Below, one piece after another: positions 27,935 to 36,740 of a stretch of DNA of 64,000 nucleotides. The notes beneath the pieces were generated by a model. That model had not been told where the DNA came from and did no database searches. It saw only the letters and a list, made by a program, of their open reading frames with translations. Numbering within the stretch: position 1 is the first letter of the stretch; each line of letters begins with the position of its first letter. This DNA is from Hemiscyllium ocellatum (Eukaryota), in assembly GCF_020745735.1 (NCBI RefSeq), contig NW_026869102.1, forward strand, positions 128,367-192,366, given 5' to 3'. Made by a program: the position numbers and the translations under genes.

Positions 27935-28205
27935 TACTGAGGGGGAGATGGGGGGGAAATACTGAGGGGGAGATGGGAAATACTGAGGGGGAGATGGGGG
28001 AAATAGTGAGGGGGAGATGGGGGAAATAGTGAGGGAGAGATGGGGAATACTGAGGGGGAGATGGGGGGAATACTGAGGGAGAGATGGGGAATACTGAGGG
28101 GGAGATGGGGGAAATACTGAGGGGGAGATGGGGGAAATACTGAGGGAGAGATGGGGAATACTGAGGGGGAGATGGGGAAATACTGAGGGGGAGATGGGGG
28201 AAATA
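27935..28205. repeat. Minisatellite D: ~23-bp unit TACTGAGGGGGAGATGGGGGAAA, ~11 copies.
   Basis: Direct reading; shares the GAGGGGGAGAT core with arrays A and B. Confidence 0.9.
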
Positions 28206-28400
28206 ATGCAGAAGTGGAGGAGGCTGGTACAACTGCAACATTTAAGGGGCGTTTGGGTGGGTATAGGAATAGGAAGGGTTTGGAGGGATAGAGGCCGGGG
28301 GCTGGCAGGTGGGAATGGATTGGGTTGGGATAACTGGGTCAGCACGGACGGGTTGGACCGAAGGGTCTGTTTCCGTGCTGTACATCTCTATGACTCGATG
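28205..28400 (+). mobile_element. 3'-terminal fragment of a CR1-like LINE: ORF2 C-terminal remnant (WRRLVQLQHLRG-type) plus 3' UTR tail ...GGCAGGTGGGAATGGATTGGGTTGGGATAACTGGGTCAGCACGGACGGGTTGGACCGAAGGGTCTGTTTCCGTGCTGTACATCTCTATGA.
   Basis: The same tail recurs at 38830-39075, 40140-40262, 41410-41590 and 47150-47390, adjacent to RT-bearing fragments. Confidence 0.75.
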
Positions 28401-28565
28401 GGCTGAATGGCCTGTGTGTGTGTGAGAGAGACCAGCAGGCAATGGGATGGGCTGAATGGCCTATGTGTGTGAGAGAGAGAGACCAGCAGGCAATGGGATG
28501 GGCTGAATGGCCTATGTGTGTGAGAGAGAGAGACCAGCAGGCAATGGGATGGGCTGAATGGCCAC
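28400..28565. repeat. Tandem triplication of a 51-bp unit GGGCTGAATGGCCTATGTGTGTGAGAGAGAGAGACCAGCAGGCAATGGGAT, derived from the LINE 3' end.
   Basis: Three consecutive near-identical copies; a single-copy homologue follows the LINE tail at 41521-41585. Confidence 0.85.
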
Positions 28566-28919
28566 TCCCTTTCAGGCTGTGGTCTGAGGGGACACCCCTC
28601 TTCCTGGAGCCGATGGTACGTTCCGGGCGATACACGGAACTGGCAGGTTCCATTGTGCCTGGTCCTGGGGGGGGGGAGTAGGTTGTGGTTGTTTTTCTAA
28701 AATGGCCGTATAAGCTGCTCTGTCTCCCCGCTGCTCTCCAGCATTGCTGTTCCAGAGCTAATGGTCAAAGGCCTAGCCCCCGACACCGGAATAGTGGTCC
28801 CTGGCCGGGGCAGGAGGGAGACCCTGAGCTTCCTGATCCCCACCCACCCCCAGCCTGCTGCAGTGGTAGAGCCCGCACCCTCAGTGCTTCCTGTCTCTGG
28901 GAGAGTTTAAAGGCAGCAA

Positions 28920-29640
28920 GGGGGGGGGGGGGGATTAGTGTCACAGGGAGAGGGAGAGTGGGACAGGCACACAGGGAGGATCAGTGTCACAGGGAGAGGG
29001 AGAGGGAGAGGGAGAGGGTTACAGGGACACAGAGTGAGAGAGTGAGAGAGTGAGAGAGAGAGAGAGAGAGGGGGACAGGGGTCTGTACACAGGGAGTGAG
29101 TGAGTGAGTGAGTGAGTGAGTGAGTGAGTGAGTGAGTGAGTGAGTGAGTGAGAGAGAGGGACAGGGGTCTGTACACAGGGAGTGAGAGAGAGAGAGAGAG
29201 AGGGACAGGGGTCTGTACACAGGGAGTGAGAGAGAGAGAGAGAGAGGGACAGGGGTCTGTACACAGGGAGTGAGAGAGAGAGAGAGAGAGGGACAGGGGT
29301 CTGTACACAGGGAGTGAGAGAGAGAGAGAGAGGGACAGGGGTCTGTACACAGGGAGTGAGAGAGAGAGAGGGACAGGGGTCTGTACACAGGGAGTGAGAG
29401 AGAGAGAGGGACAGGGGTCTGTACACAGGGAGTGAGAGAGAGAGAGAGGGACAGGGGTCTGTACACAGGGAGTGAGAGAGAGAGAGGGACAGGGGTCTGT
29501 ACACAGGGAGTGAGAGAGAGAGAGGGACAGGGGTCTGTACACAGGGAGTGAGAGAGAGAGAGGGACAGGGGTCTGTACACAGGGAGTGAGAGAGAGAGAG
29601 GGACAGGGGTCTGTACACAGGGAGTGAGTGAGAGGGTCAG
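28920..29640. repeat. Compound minisatellite ~350-1070 bp upstream of the CDIPT ATG: GGGAGAGGGAGAG blocks, then (GTGA)14 at ~29094-29150, then ~12 copies of a 37-45-bp unit GGGACAGGGGTCTGTACACAGGGAGTGAGAGAGAGAG with variable (GA)n.
   Basis: Direct reading; unit starts at about 29158, 29203, 29246, 29291, 29330, 29369, 29408, 29450, 29487, 29524, 29561 and 29598. Confidence 0.9.
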
Positions 29641-29993
29641 AGATTCAGAGAGAGACACATAGATAGACAGAGACACACACAAACATAAGGGACTCTGTCA
29701 TTAAGAGAGAGAGACAGACAGGCACACGCATACAGGGACTCTGACATTGAGAGGAGGTGTGACTCCGAGAGAGAGAGAGACACGTGCACAGATACAGAAA
29801 GAGACTGTCCTTGAAAGGAGGAGAGGCAGAGGCAGACACCAGAGGGACTCTGATATTGAGAGGAGGAACCATCGGAGAGAGGAGGAGAGGCAGAGACTAA
29901 GCCACTGAGCCTTGTGCTCTGAGAAATTCGGTCTCTTGTGAGCCTTGCACTGAGACGGTGACAGAGGGGCTGAGGCTGAGAGAACCCGCCAAC
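29641..29993 (+). promoter_or_regulatory. Putative proximal promoter / 5' UTR of CDIPT. Contains three degenerate copies of GGGACTCTGWYATTRAGAG(A/G)GAG at ~29688, 29733 and 29842, and an in-frame TAA at 29898-29900 upstream of the ATG.
   Basis: Position immediately 5' of the first coding exon; Kozak-like gccaacATGg. No TATA box and no CpG island recognised, so the TSS is not determined. Confidence 0.35.
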
Positions 29994-30030
29994 ATGGTCA
30001 GCGTTTTCCTGTTCGTGCCGAACCTCATTG
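29994..30030 (+). CDS. CDIPT: CDIPT exon 1 (MVSVFLFVPNLIG, phase-1 end); donor GTCAGT at 30031.
   Basis: Matches human CDIPT N-terminus (MPDENIFLFVPNLIGYARIV...). ATG preceded by an in-frame stop; GT donor. Confidence 0.8.
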
Positions 30031-30149
30031 GTCAGTATCCTCCTGTGGATGTATCTGGGGTGGAGAGAGAGGGTGGCTCTAATGGGGGTTTCTAGGTGGA
30101 CGAGTCTCAGACGGTGAGGGATAATGGGGCGGACTTGGCAGTGGGTCTA

Positions 30150-31125
30150 ATTTGATCGGATTTAAGGATTGCCTGGTGTGCGTCGAGCTGAAAAAAACTG
30201 GACTACACCTCCTCCCACCCTGGCCCCACCATCCCATATTCCCAATTCCTTCGTCTCCGCCGCATCTGCTCCCAGGAGGACCAGTTCCAACACCACACAG
30301 CCCAGATGGCCTCCTTCTTCAAAGACTGAGATTCCCCCAGACGTGATCGATGATGCCCTCCACCGCATCTCCTCCACTTCCCGCTCCTCCGCCCTTGAGC
30401 CCCGCTCCTCCAATCGCCACGAGGACAGAACCCCACTGGTTCTCACCTACCACCCCACCAACCTCCGCATACAACGTATCATCCGCCGCCATTTCCGCCA
30501 ACTCCAAACGGACCCCACCACCAGGGATATATTTCCCTCCCCTCCCCTATCAGCGTTCTGAAAAGACCACTCCCTCCGTGACTCCCTCGTCAGGTCCACA
30601 CCCCCCACCAACCCAACCTCCACCCCCGGCACCTTCCCCTGCAACCACAGGAAATGCAAAACTTGCGCCCACACCTCCACACTCACTTCCCTCCAAGGCC
30701 CCAAGGGATCCTTCCATATCCGCCACAAGTTCACCTGTACCTCCACACACATCATCTATTGCATCCGCTGCACCCGATGTGGCCTCCTCTATATTGGGGA
30801 GACAGGCCGCTTACTTGCGGGACGCTTCAGGGAACACCTCTGGGACGCCCGAACCAACCAACCCAACCACCCCGTGGCTCAAAACTTTAACTCTCCCTCC
30901 CACTCCACCGAGGACATGCAGGTCCTTGGACTCCTCCACCGGCAGAACATAACAACACGACGGTTGGAGGAGGAGCGCCTCATCTTCCGCCTGGGAACCC
31001 TCCAACCACAAGGAATGAACTCAGATTTCTCCTGTTTCCTCATTTCCCCTCCCCCCACCTTGTCTCAGTCGGTTCCCTCAACTCAGCACCGCCCTCCTAA
31101 CCTGCAATCCTCTTCCTGACCTCTC
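30150..31125 (+). mobile_element. Penelope-like-element-type retroelement 3' fragment carrying a GIY-YIG endonuclease-like domain (...KCKTCAHTS...FTCTSTHIIYCIRCTRCGLLYIGETGRLLAGRFREHLWD...HSTEDMQVLGLLHRQN...), in CDIPT intron 1. Contains at least one internal stop (SAF*KDHSLRD...).
   Basis: Conceptual translation across ORFs 30169..30561, 30654..30890 and 30874..31119. The IIY...YIGET...R..EH arrangement after a Cys/His-rich linker is characteristic of PLE endonuclease domains. A proline-rich ORF (30350..30952) is the wrong frame of the same element. Confidence 0.5.
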
Positions 31126-31261
31126 CGCCCCCACCCCACTCCGGCCTATCACCCTCACCTTGACCTCCTTCCACCTATCCCATCTCCATCGCCCCTCCCC
31201 CAAGTCCCTCCTCCCTACCTTTTATCTTAGCCTGCTGGACACCCTCTCCTCATTCCTGATG

Positions 31262-31380
31262 AAGGGCTCTGGCCCGAAATGTCGAATTTCCTGTTCCTTG
31301 GATGCTGCCTGACCTGCTGTGCTTTAACCAACAACACATTTTCTGCTCTGATCTCCAGCATCTGCAGACCTCACTTTTTA
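31262..31380 (-). mobile_element. SINE-like element, reverse orientation of the GCTGGAAAAGCACAGCAGGTCAGGCAGCATCCAAGGAACAGGAAATTCGACATTTCGGGC core.
   Basis: Reverse complement of the copy at 31650-31780; the two form an inverted pair ~270 bp apart. Confidence 0.7.
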
Positions 31381-31649
31381 CTCTTTTTTTTTGCTTTAGA
31401 ACAGTCTATTGAGGAGGTTGTCCTGGACTGTGTACTGTGTGCAATGAAAAGGACACATTAACTGGCCCAAAGTTCAGAATGCAGGCAGAGAGGATGATAA
31501 CTGGTCGAGTGGTGAGAGTTAATGCGGTGGGCAGCGTGAAAAGTGACTGTAAAAGTCTCTGTAAATATGGGAAGTGCAAAGTTACTGAAGATGCAAGTGT
31601 TTACGTCCCTTACGTTCAGAAGCTGGGGAAACAAGACTGGGGAGAAAGG

Positions 31650-31780
31650 TGAGGTCTGCAGATGCTGGAGATCAGAGCTGAAAGTGTGTCGCTGGAAAAG
31701 CGCAGCAGGTCAGATCCAAGGAACAGGAAATTCGACGTTTCGGGCATAAGCCCTTCTTCAGGAATGAGGAAATGATATGG
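31650..31780 (+). mobile_element. SINE-like element, forward copy (GAGGTCTGCAGATGCTGGAGATCAGAGCTGAAAGTGTGTCGCTGGAAAAGCGCAGCAGGTCAGATCCAAGGAACAGGAAATTCGACGTTTCGGGCATAAGCCCTTCTTCAGGAATGAGG).
   Basis: Direct reading; shared with five other copies in the window. Confidence 0.7.
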
Positions 31781-31989
31781 GGAACAAAGAGCTGTCAGGA
31801 AAATTACCACAGATTTTCCATTCTGTCTTCACTAATGATGTACACCACTTCCAAGAAATGAGAGGGAGCCCACTGTGTAGGGAGGGGACAGAATACTGGA
31901 ATTCCTTCTGGATGTAGGTTCAGTCACTGAGCTGGGAGGTTCATTTCCAGACGTTTCGTCACCGTACTAGGTAACCTCTTCAGTGACAA

Positions 31990-32160
31990 GATCAGAGTGG
32001 TGCTGGAAAAGCACAGCAGGTCAGGCAGCATCCGAAAAGCAGGAGCATCCACGTTTTGGGCAAAAGCCCTTCGTCAGGAATGGCCCGAAACGTTGATTTT
32101 CCTGCTCCTCGGATGCTGCCTGACCTGCTGTGCTTTTCCAGCACCACTCTAATCTGAAGA
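31990..32160. mobile_element. Foldback (MITE-like) copy of the SINE core: ~65-bp arms in inverted orientation separated by a ~20-bp loop (GTGGTGCTGGAAAAGCACAGCAGGTCAGGCAGCATCCG...//...CGGATGCTGCCTGACCTGCTGTGCTTTTCCAGCACCAC).
   Basis: Right arm is the reverse complement of the left arm, including a perfect 33-bp core. Confidence 0.8.
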
Positions 32161-32429
32161 TGTTACCTGATGGGGTGACGCAATGTCTGGAAATGAACCT
32201 TCCACCTCCGTGAGCGAACCTCTGTCCATAACCTCAACCTGAGTTACAAATCTTCTCCAAACTCGCGAATGGGATTCCTCGTTAGTGGGGGAGATTAAGG
32301 GGCTGAGAGAATGCTTGGCTGAGCCTCTAATGCGACCCAGACAAAACCTGCAGTGGTTTGGGAAAGAATTATACCTAACAAACCTACCAGAGTCTTTTGT
32401 CTGAGGGCATAGCAAGTAGGTAAGGGACA

Positions 32430-33060
32430 ATCGGTCCCTGGTGAGACCACACTTGGAATATTGTGTCCAGTTCTGGTCGCCCTACTATAGGAAAGATACA
32501 GGGGCTTTGGAGAGGATGCAAAGGAGGTTTACCAGGATGCTGCCTGGACTGGAGGGCTTGCCTAATGAAGAAAGGTTGAATAAGCTTGGAGTTTTCTTCC
32601 TGGAGAGAAGGAGGAAGAGAGGGAGACCTGATCGAGGTTTACAAGGGAGTGAGAGGAATAGATAGTCAATAGCCAGAGCCTTTTCCCCAGGGCAGGATTG
32701 ACTGGGACGGGGGGTCATAGTTTTGAAGGTATATAGGAGACGTCAGAGGTAGGTTCTATATGCAGAGAGTTGCGTGCGTGGAATGTATTACCACGGCTGG
32801 AAGCAGAGTCACTGGGGACACTGAAGTGACTGCTGGACATGCAGATGGAGAGCAGGGAGATGAGGGACAGACCAGAAACTGAGTGGGAATAACTGCGGAT
32901 TCACACACGCGCCCAAGGTGACCTGGTGGGGTACTGCAGGGATCGGTGCCAGCATCCTGGCTATTGACAACATTTGGGAGTGACCCAGCTGTGAGAAGGC
33001 TCGACTTGCCAGAGAGAGGGGATGCATCAGATGTTGACCCAGGGGAGGGCAGGGTTAACC
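32430..33060 (+). mobile_element. CR1-like LINE 3' fragment (ORF2 C-terminus [58 protein letters not shown]...), degenerate.
   Basis: Conserved [10 protein letters not shown]...VQRRFTRM...[21 protein letters not shown] block typical of the CR1/L2 clade ORF2 C-terminus. Confidence 0.7.
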
Positions 33061-33364
33061 CCTGAGGTTAGATGGTTCGACTGGCCATGTATCGATCACA
33101 CGTTTCGAGTGATGCGATGGGGAAACTGATCGAAGTGAGTAAAGTCCCAACAGGATGCAGCGAGGATATTTTCCCCTCGAACCAGGGGAAGAAGTCTTGG
33201 GATACAGAATACATCATTCAGGAACACCCACTCGGGAGGGTGGCTGAAGGCTGTGGAGAAAGAGACGCTGAATACTGTCAAGACAAAAAGAAATGTTCAA
33301 ATTTTCAAGGCATCAGGGGTTGGGGGGGAAATAAATATAAAAACATTAAAGCATTGAGATGTGA

Positions 33365-34255
33365 TCTGTGACCAGTGGAGTGCCACAAGGATCGGTGCTG
33401 GGCCCTCTACTTTTCATCATTTATATAAATGACTTGGATGTGAACTTAGAGATAATTAGTAAGTTTGCAGATGACACCAGAATTGGAGGTGTAGGGGACA
33501 GCGAAGAGGGTTACCTCAGATCACAACAGGATCTGGACCAGATGGGCCAAGGAATGGCAGATGGAGTTTATTTTAGATAAATGCGAGGTGTTGCATTTTG
33601 GAAAGGCAGATCAGGGTGGGATTTATCCACTTAATGGTAAGGTCCTAGGGAGTGTTGCTGAACACAGAGACCTTGGAGTGCAGGTTCATAGCTCCTTGAA
33701 AGTGGAGTCTCAGGTAGATAGGATAATGAAGGCGTTTGTAATGCTTTCCTTTATTGGTCAGAGTATTGAGTGGAGGTCATGTTGCGGCTGTACAGGACAT
33801 TGGTTAGGCCACTGTTGGAATATTGTGTGCAATTCTGGTCTCCTCCCTGTCAGAAAGACATTGTGAAATTTGAAAGGGTTCAGAAAAGATTTACAAGGAT
33901 GTTCCCAGGATTGGAGGATCTGAGCTGCAGGGAGAGGCTGAACAGGCTGGGGCTGTTTTCCCTGGAGCGTCGGAGGCTGAGGGGTGACCTTATAGAGGGT
34001 TACAAAATCATGAGGGACGTGGATAGGTCTTTGGGATGGGTGAGTCCAGAACTAGAGGGGCATAGGTCTAAGGTGGGAGGGTAAAGGGACCCAAGGGGCA
34101 ACAGTTTCACCCAGAGGGTGGTACGTGTGTGGAACGAGTTGCCAGAGGAAGTGGAGGAGGCTGGATTTAAAAGGCATCTGGATGGGTATATGAATAGGAA
34201 AGGTTTAGAGTGCCACGTGCTGGTGAATGAGACCGGATTAATTTAGGATATCCTT
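33365..34255 (+). mobile_element. 5'-truncated CR1-like LINE (reverse-transcriptase domains through the ORF2 C-terminus and tail), 100-1000 bp upstream of CDIPT exon 2.
   Basis: Frameshifted across ORFs 33368, 33561 and 33770. Contains [22 protein letters not shown]...[11 protein letters not shown]...KCEVLHFGK...[10 protein letters not shown]...RFTRMFPGLE...LGLFSLERRRLRGDLIEGYKIM...FTQRVVRVWNELPEEVEEAGFKRHLDGYMNRKGLE. Confidence 0.85.
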
Positions 34256-34345
34256 CTGACTCTGTCTCTGTCTCTGTGTCTCTCTGGTTGTCTCTGACGC
34301 TCACACACACGCTGTGTGTGTCTCTCTCTCTCTCTCTGTGTGTTG
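34256..34345 (+). repeat. Pyrimidine microsatellite (CTGTCTCT / TCTC)n at the LINE 3' end, running directly into the exon-2 acceptor TGTGTTGTAG.
   Basis: Direct reading; contiguous with the LINE tail and the splice acceptor. Confidence 0.85.
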
Positions 34346-34348
34346 TAG

Positions 34349-34483
34349 GTTACAGCCGCATCATCCTGGCCCTGATTGCATTTTACTTCATGCCGAGTGA
34401 CCCAGTGTTGGCCACTTGTTTGTACCTGCTCAGCTCCTTCCTGGATTCACTGGACGGACATGCTGCCCGGTTGCTGAACCAAT
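34349..34483 (+). CDS. CDIPT: CDIPT exon 2 (-YSRIILALIAFYFMPSDPVLATCLYLLSSFLDSLDGHAARLLNQ-); acceptor TTGTAG at 34343-34348, donor GTAAGA at 34484.
   Basis: Aligns to human YARIVFAIISFYFMPCCPLTASSFYLLSGLLDAFDGHAARALNQ. The DG..AR start of the CDP-alcohol phosphotransferase motif is present; phases are consistent. Confidence 0.9.
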
Positions 34484-34765
34484 GTAAGACTTTCAGAGCG
34501 ATGTTTCAGAGTGGGGCTGGGGGGGGGGGCACGTGGGGCAACATTTGGTTTAGACCCGCTCCCTGTGTCATGTGTCCCTGAGTGCAGTGAAAAGTTGTGT
34601 TTTCTGAGCAGTACAGGCAGACCATGACAAACAAGGAGATACAGAGGAGCTAGGCGTTCAGCGTACACTGCGCAGGAGATGTGCAGAACAAGATGAGCTT
34701 TGAAATTAGAGCGATCCGTTCAGCAGTTTGATAACAGCAGGGGAAGGAGCTGTTCTTGAACCTGC

Positions 34766-34768
<3 letters not shown>

Positions 34769-34807
<39 letters not shown>
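34769..34807. repeat. (TG)19 microsatellite in CDIPT intron 2.
   Basis: Direct reading. Confidence 0.95.
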
Positions 34808-34809
<2 letters not shown>

Positions 34810-35267
34810 AAGCTTCTGTATCCTCTCCCTGGTGGAACTGTTTGGAAGAGAGGGGTGGGAGATGTCTTTGAGGACACTGTCTGCCTTCCCGTGGAAGTGG
34901 AGTCTGTGGTTAGCTCATGTGATGGTCTGAGCTGTGCTCACCACCTTCTGTAATTTCTCACGGTCCTGGGGCAGATCCGTCGCTGTCCCAGACTGTGATA
35001 CATCCGGACAGCGGGTTTTCCGTGGTGCCTCTGTGGAAAGCTGGTGAGGATCTTGGTGGACGTGCGGGATTTGCTGAGCCTCCTGAGGTGTTATTGTGCC
35101 GTCTTCAGCATCACATCTACGTGGGGAGACGAGGACGGGTGCCGGAGGGAGACCAGGGGGCTGAGGCCCTTTAGATGCAAGCTAATTGCTGCTGTTTTAG
35201 TGTGTTGTTCTCTCTCTCTCCCACTCCCACTCCCACTCCCACTTTTCCACCCCCCATCTCTGCACAG

Positions 35268-35421
35268 GCAGCAAGTTTGGAATGATGTTGGATATGTTGA
35301 CTGACCGATGTGCCACCATGTGTTTGCTGGTGAATCTCTCCCTCCTGTACCCTCGTTACGTCTTCCTATTTCAGCTCAGTATGATCCTGGACATCAGCAG
35401 TCACTGGTTACACTTACACAG
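35268..35421 (+). CDS. CDIPT: CDIPT exon 3 (CSKFGMMLDMLTDRCATMCLLVNLSLLYPRYVFLFQLSMILDISSHWLHLH-); acceptor CACAG at 35267, donor GTCAGT at 35422.
   Basis: Aligns to human GTRFGAMLDMLTDRCSTMCLLVNLALLYPGATLFFQISMSLDVASHWLHLH. Completes motif G...D...D; reading frame verified codon by codon. Confidence 0.9.
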
Positions 35422-35544
35422 GTCAGTGACATTGAACCGAATCCCTACACACCTCCCTGGACACCAGCTCCGACCCCTCCCGGCACGGCATGGGTCCCCT
35501 GGATATCGTCTCTCCCCTTGGGGTATGGGTCCCACAAAATACCA

Positions 35545-35720
35545 GCCCTGCTCCCCACGGGAAACAGGCCAAAGACACCACCTGGGGAGCGGTTTGAGGG
35601 GAGGACCAGGGGAAACAGGCCAAAGACACCACCTGGGGAGCGGTTTGAGGGGAGGACCAGGGGAAACAGGCCAAAGACACAACCTGGGGAGTGGTTTGAG
35701 GGGAGGACCAGGGGAAACAG
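35545..35720. repeat. 51-bp tandem repeat x3 (GAAACAGGCCAAAGACACCACCTGGGGAGCGGTTTGAGGGGAGGACCAGGG), ~120 bp into CDIPT intron 3.
   Basis: Unit starts at 35561, 35612 and 35663. Confidence 0.9.
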
Positions 35721-35789
35721 GCAGAGAATGGAGCCCGAGGGGAAGACCATGGAGATGCAGCACAAGAATGGGGCCTGGGGGTCGGTTCC

Positions 35790-36700
35790 TGGAGTGGACC
35801 AGGAGGAAAACAGGCCGAGAGTGGGGCCTGAGGGGAGAGGACCGGGGGAGGAACAGGCCGAGAGTGGGGCCTGAGGGGAGAGGACCGGGGGAGGAACAGG
35901 CTGAGAGTGGGGCCTGAGGGGAGAGGACCGGGGGGGGGGGCGGGGGAGAGAACAGGCCGAGAGTGGGGCCTGAGGGGAGAGGACCGGGGGAGGAACAGGC
36001 CGAGAGTGGGGCCTGAGGGGAGAGGACCGGGGGAGGAACAGGCCGAGAGTGGGGCCTGAGGGGAGAGGACCGGGGGAGGAACAGGCCGAGAGTGGGGCCT
36101 GAGGGGAGAGGACCGGGGGAGGAACAGGCCGAGAGTGGGGCCTGAGGGGAGAGGACCGGGGGAGGAACAGGCCGAGAGTGGGACCTGAGGGGAGAGGACC
36201 GGGGGAGGAACAGGCCGAGAGTGGGGCCTGAGGGGAGAGGACCGGGGGGGGGGGCGGGGGAGAGAACAGGCCGAGAGTGGGGCCTGAGGGGAGAGGACCG
36301 GGGGGGGGGCGGGGGAGAGAACAGGCCGAGAGTGGGGCCTGAGGGGAGAGGACCGGGGGGAGAACAGGCCGAGAGTGGGGCCTGAGGGGAGAGGACCGGG
36401 GGGAGAACAGGCCGAGAGTGGGGCCTGAGGGGAGAACAGGCCGAGAGTGGGGCCTGAGGGGAGAGGACCGGGGGGGGGGGGCGGGGGAGAGAACAGGCCG
36501 AGAGTGGGGCCTGAGGGGAGAGGACCGGGGGGGGGCGGGGGAGAGAACAGGCCGAGAGTGGGGCCTGAGGGGAGAGGACCGGGGAGAGAACAGGCCGAGA
36601 GTGGGGCCTGAGGGGAGAGGACCGGGGGGAGAACAGGCCGAGAGTGGGGCCTGAGGGGAGAACAGGCTGAGAGTGGGGCCTGAGGGGTCAGGTTGAGCGG
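35790..36700. repeat. GC-rich 43-bp minisatellite (GAACAGGCCGAGAGTGGGGCCTGAGGGGAGAGGACCGGGGGAG), ~18 copies. Some copies are expanded by G10-G11 runs (GGGGGGGGGGGCGGGGGAGA).
   Basis: Direct reading: period 43 between 35821 and 35864, with longer units where poly-G is inserted. The minus-strand proline-rich 469-aa ORF is an artefact. Confidence 0.9.
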
Positions 36701-36740
36701 AGGACCCTTGCTAATCCCAGTTTCCTGGTCTCCTCTCCAG

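Noticed and set aside
1-28205. Regular short repeats that might superficially suggest a CRISPR array or other prokaryotic repeat system.
   Set aside because: There are no unique spacers; the units are contiguous tandem monomers with HOR structure, and the surrounding sequence is a spliced vertebrate gene with LINE and SINE content. This is satellite DNA, not CRISPR.
21045-28345. + strand 877-aa ORF (RGADTQRGRYRGADTEGQ...) and minus-strand ORFs of 2257, 2356 and 2381 aa (Cys/Pro/Leu-rich) over array C.
   Set aside because: Array C lacks T on + and A on −, so stops are almost impossible in several frames. The 16/18-bp periodic low-complexity products have no homology.
30350-30952. 200-aa proline-rich ORF (MMPSTASPPLPAPPPLSP...) in intron 1.
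   Set aside because: Alternative frame of the Penelope-like element fragment; low complexity.
31437-31749. Small ORFs (71 aa MCNEKDTLTGPKFRMQAERM..., 68 aa) between the inverted SINE pair.
   Set aside because: Short, no homology, lie inside or between repeat copies; the second overlaps the SINE core.
34276-34581. 101-aa ORF reading exon 2 straight into intron 2 (…HAARLLNQCKTFRAMFQSGAGGGG…).
   Set aside because: A GTAAGA donor follows ...AACCAAT at 34484. Read-through loses CDIPT homology, whereas splicing to 35268 restores the conserved SKFGMMLDMLTDRC... block.
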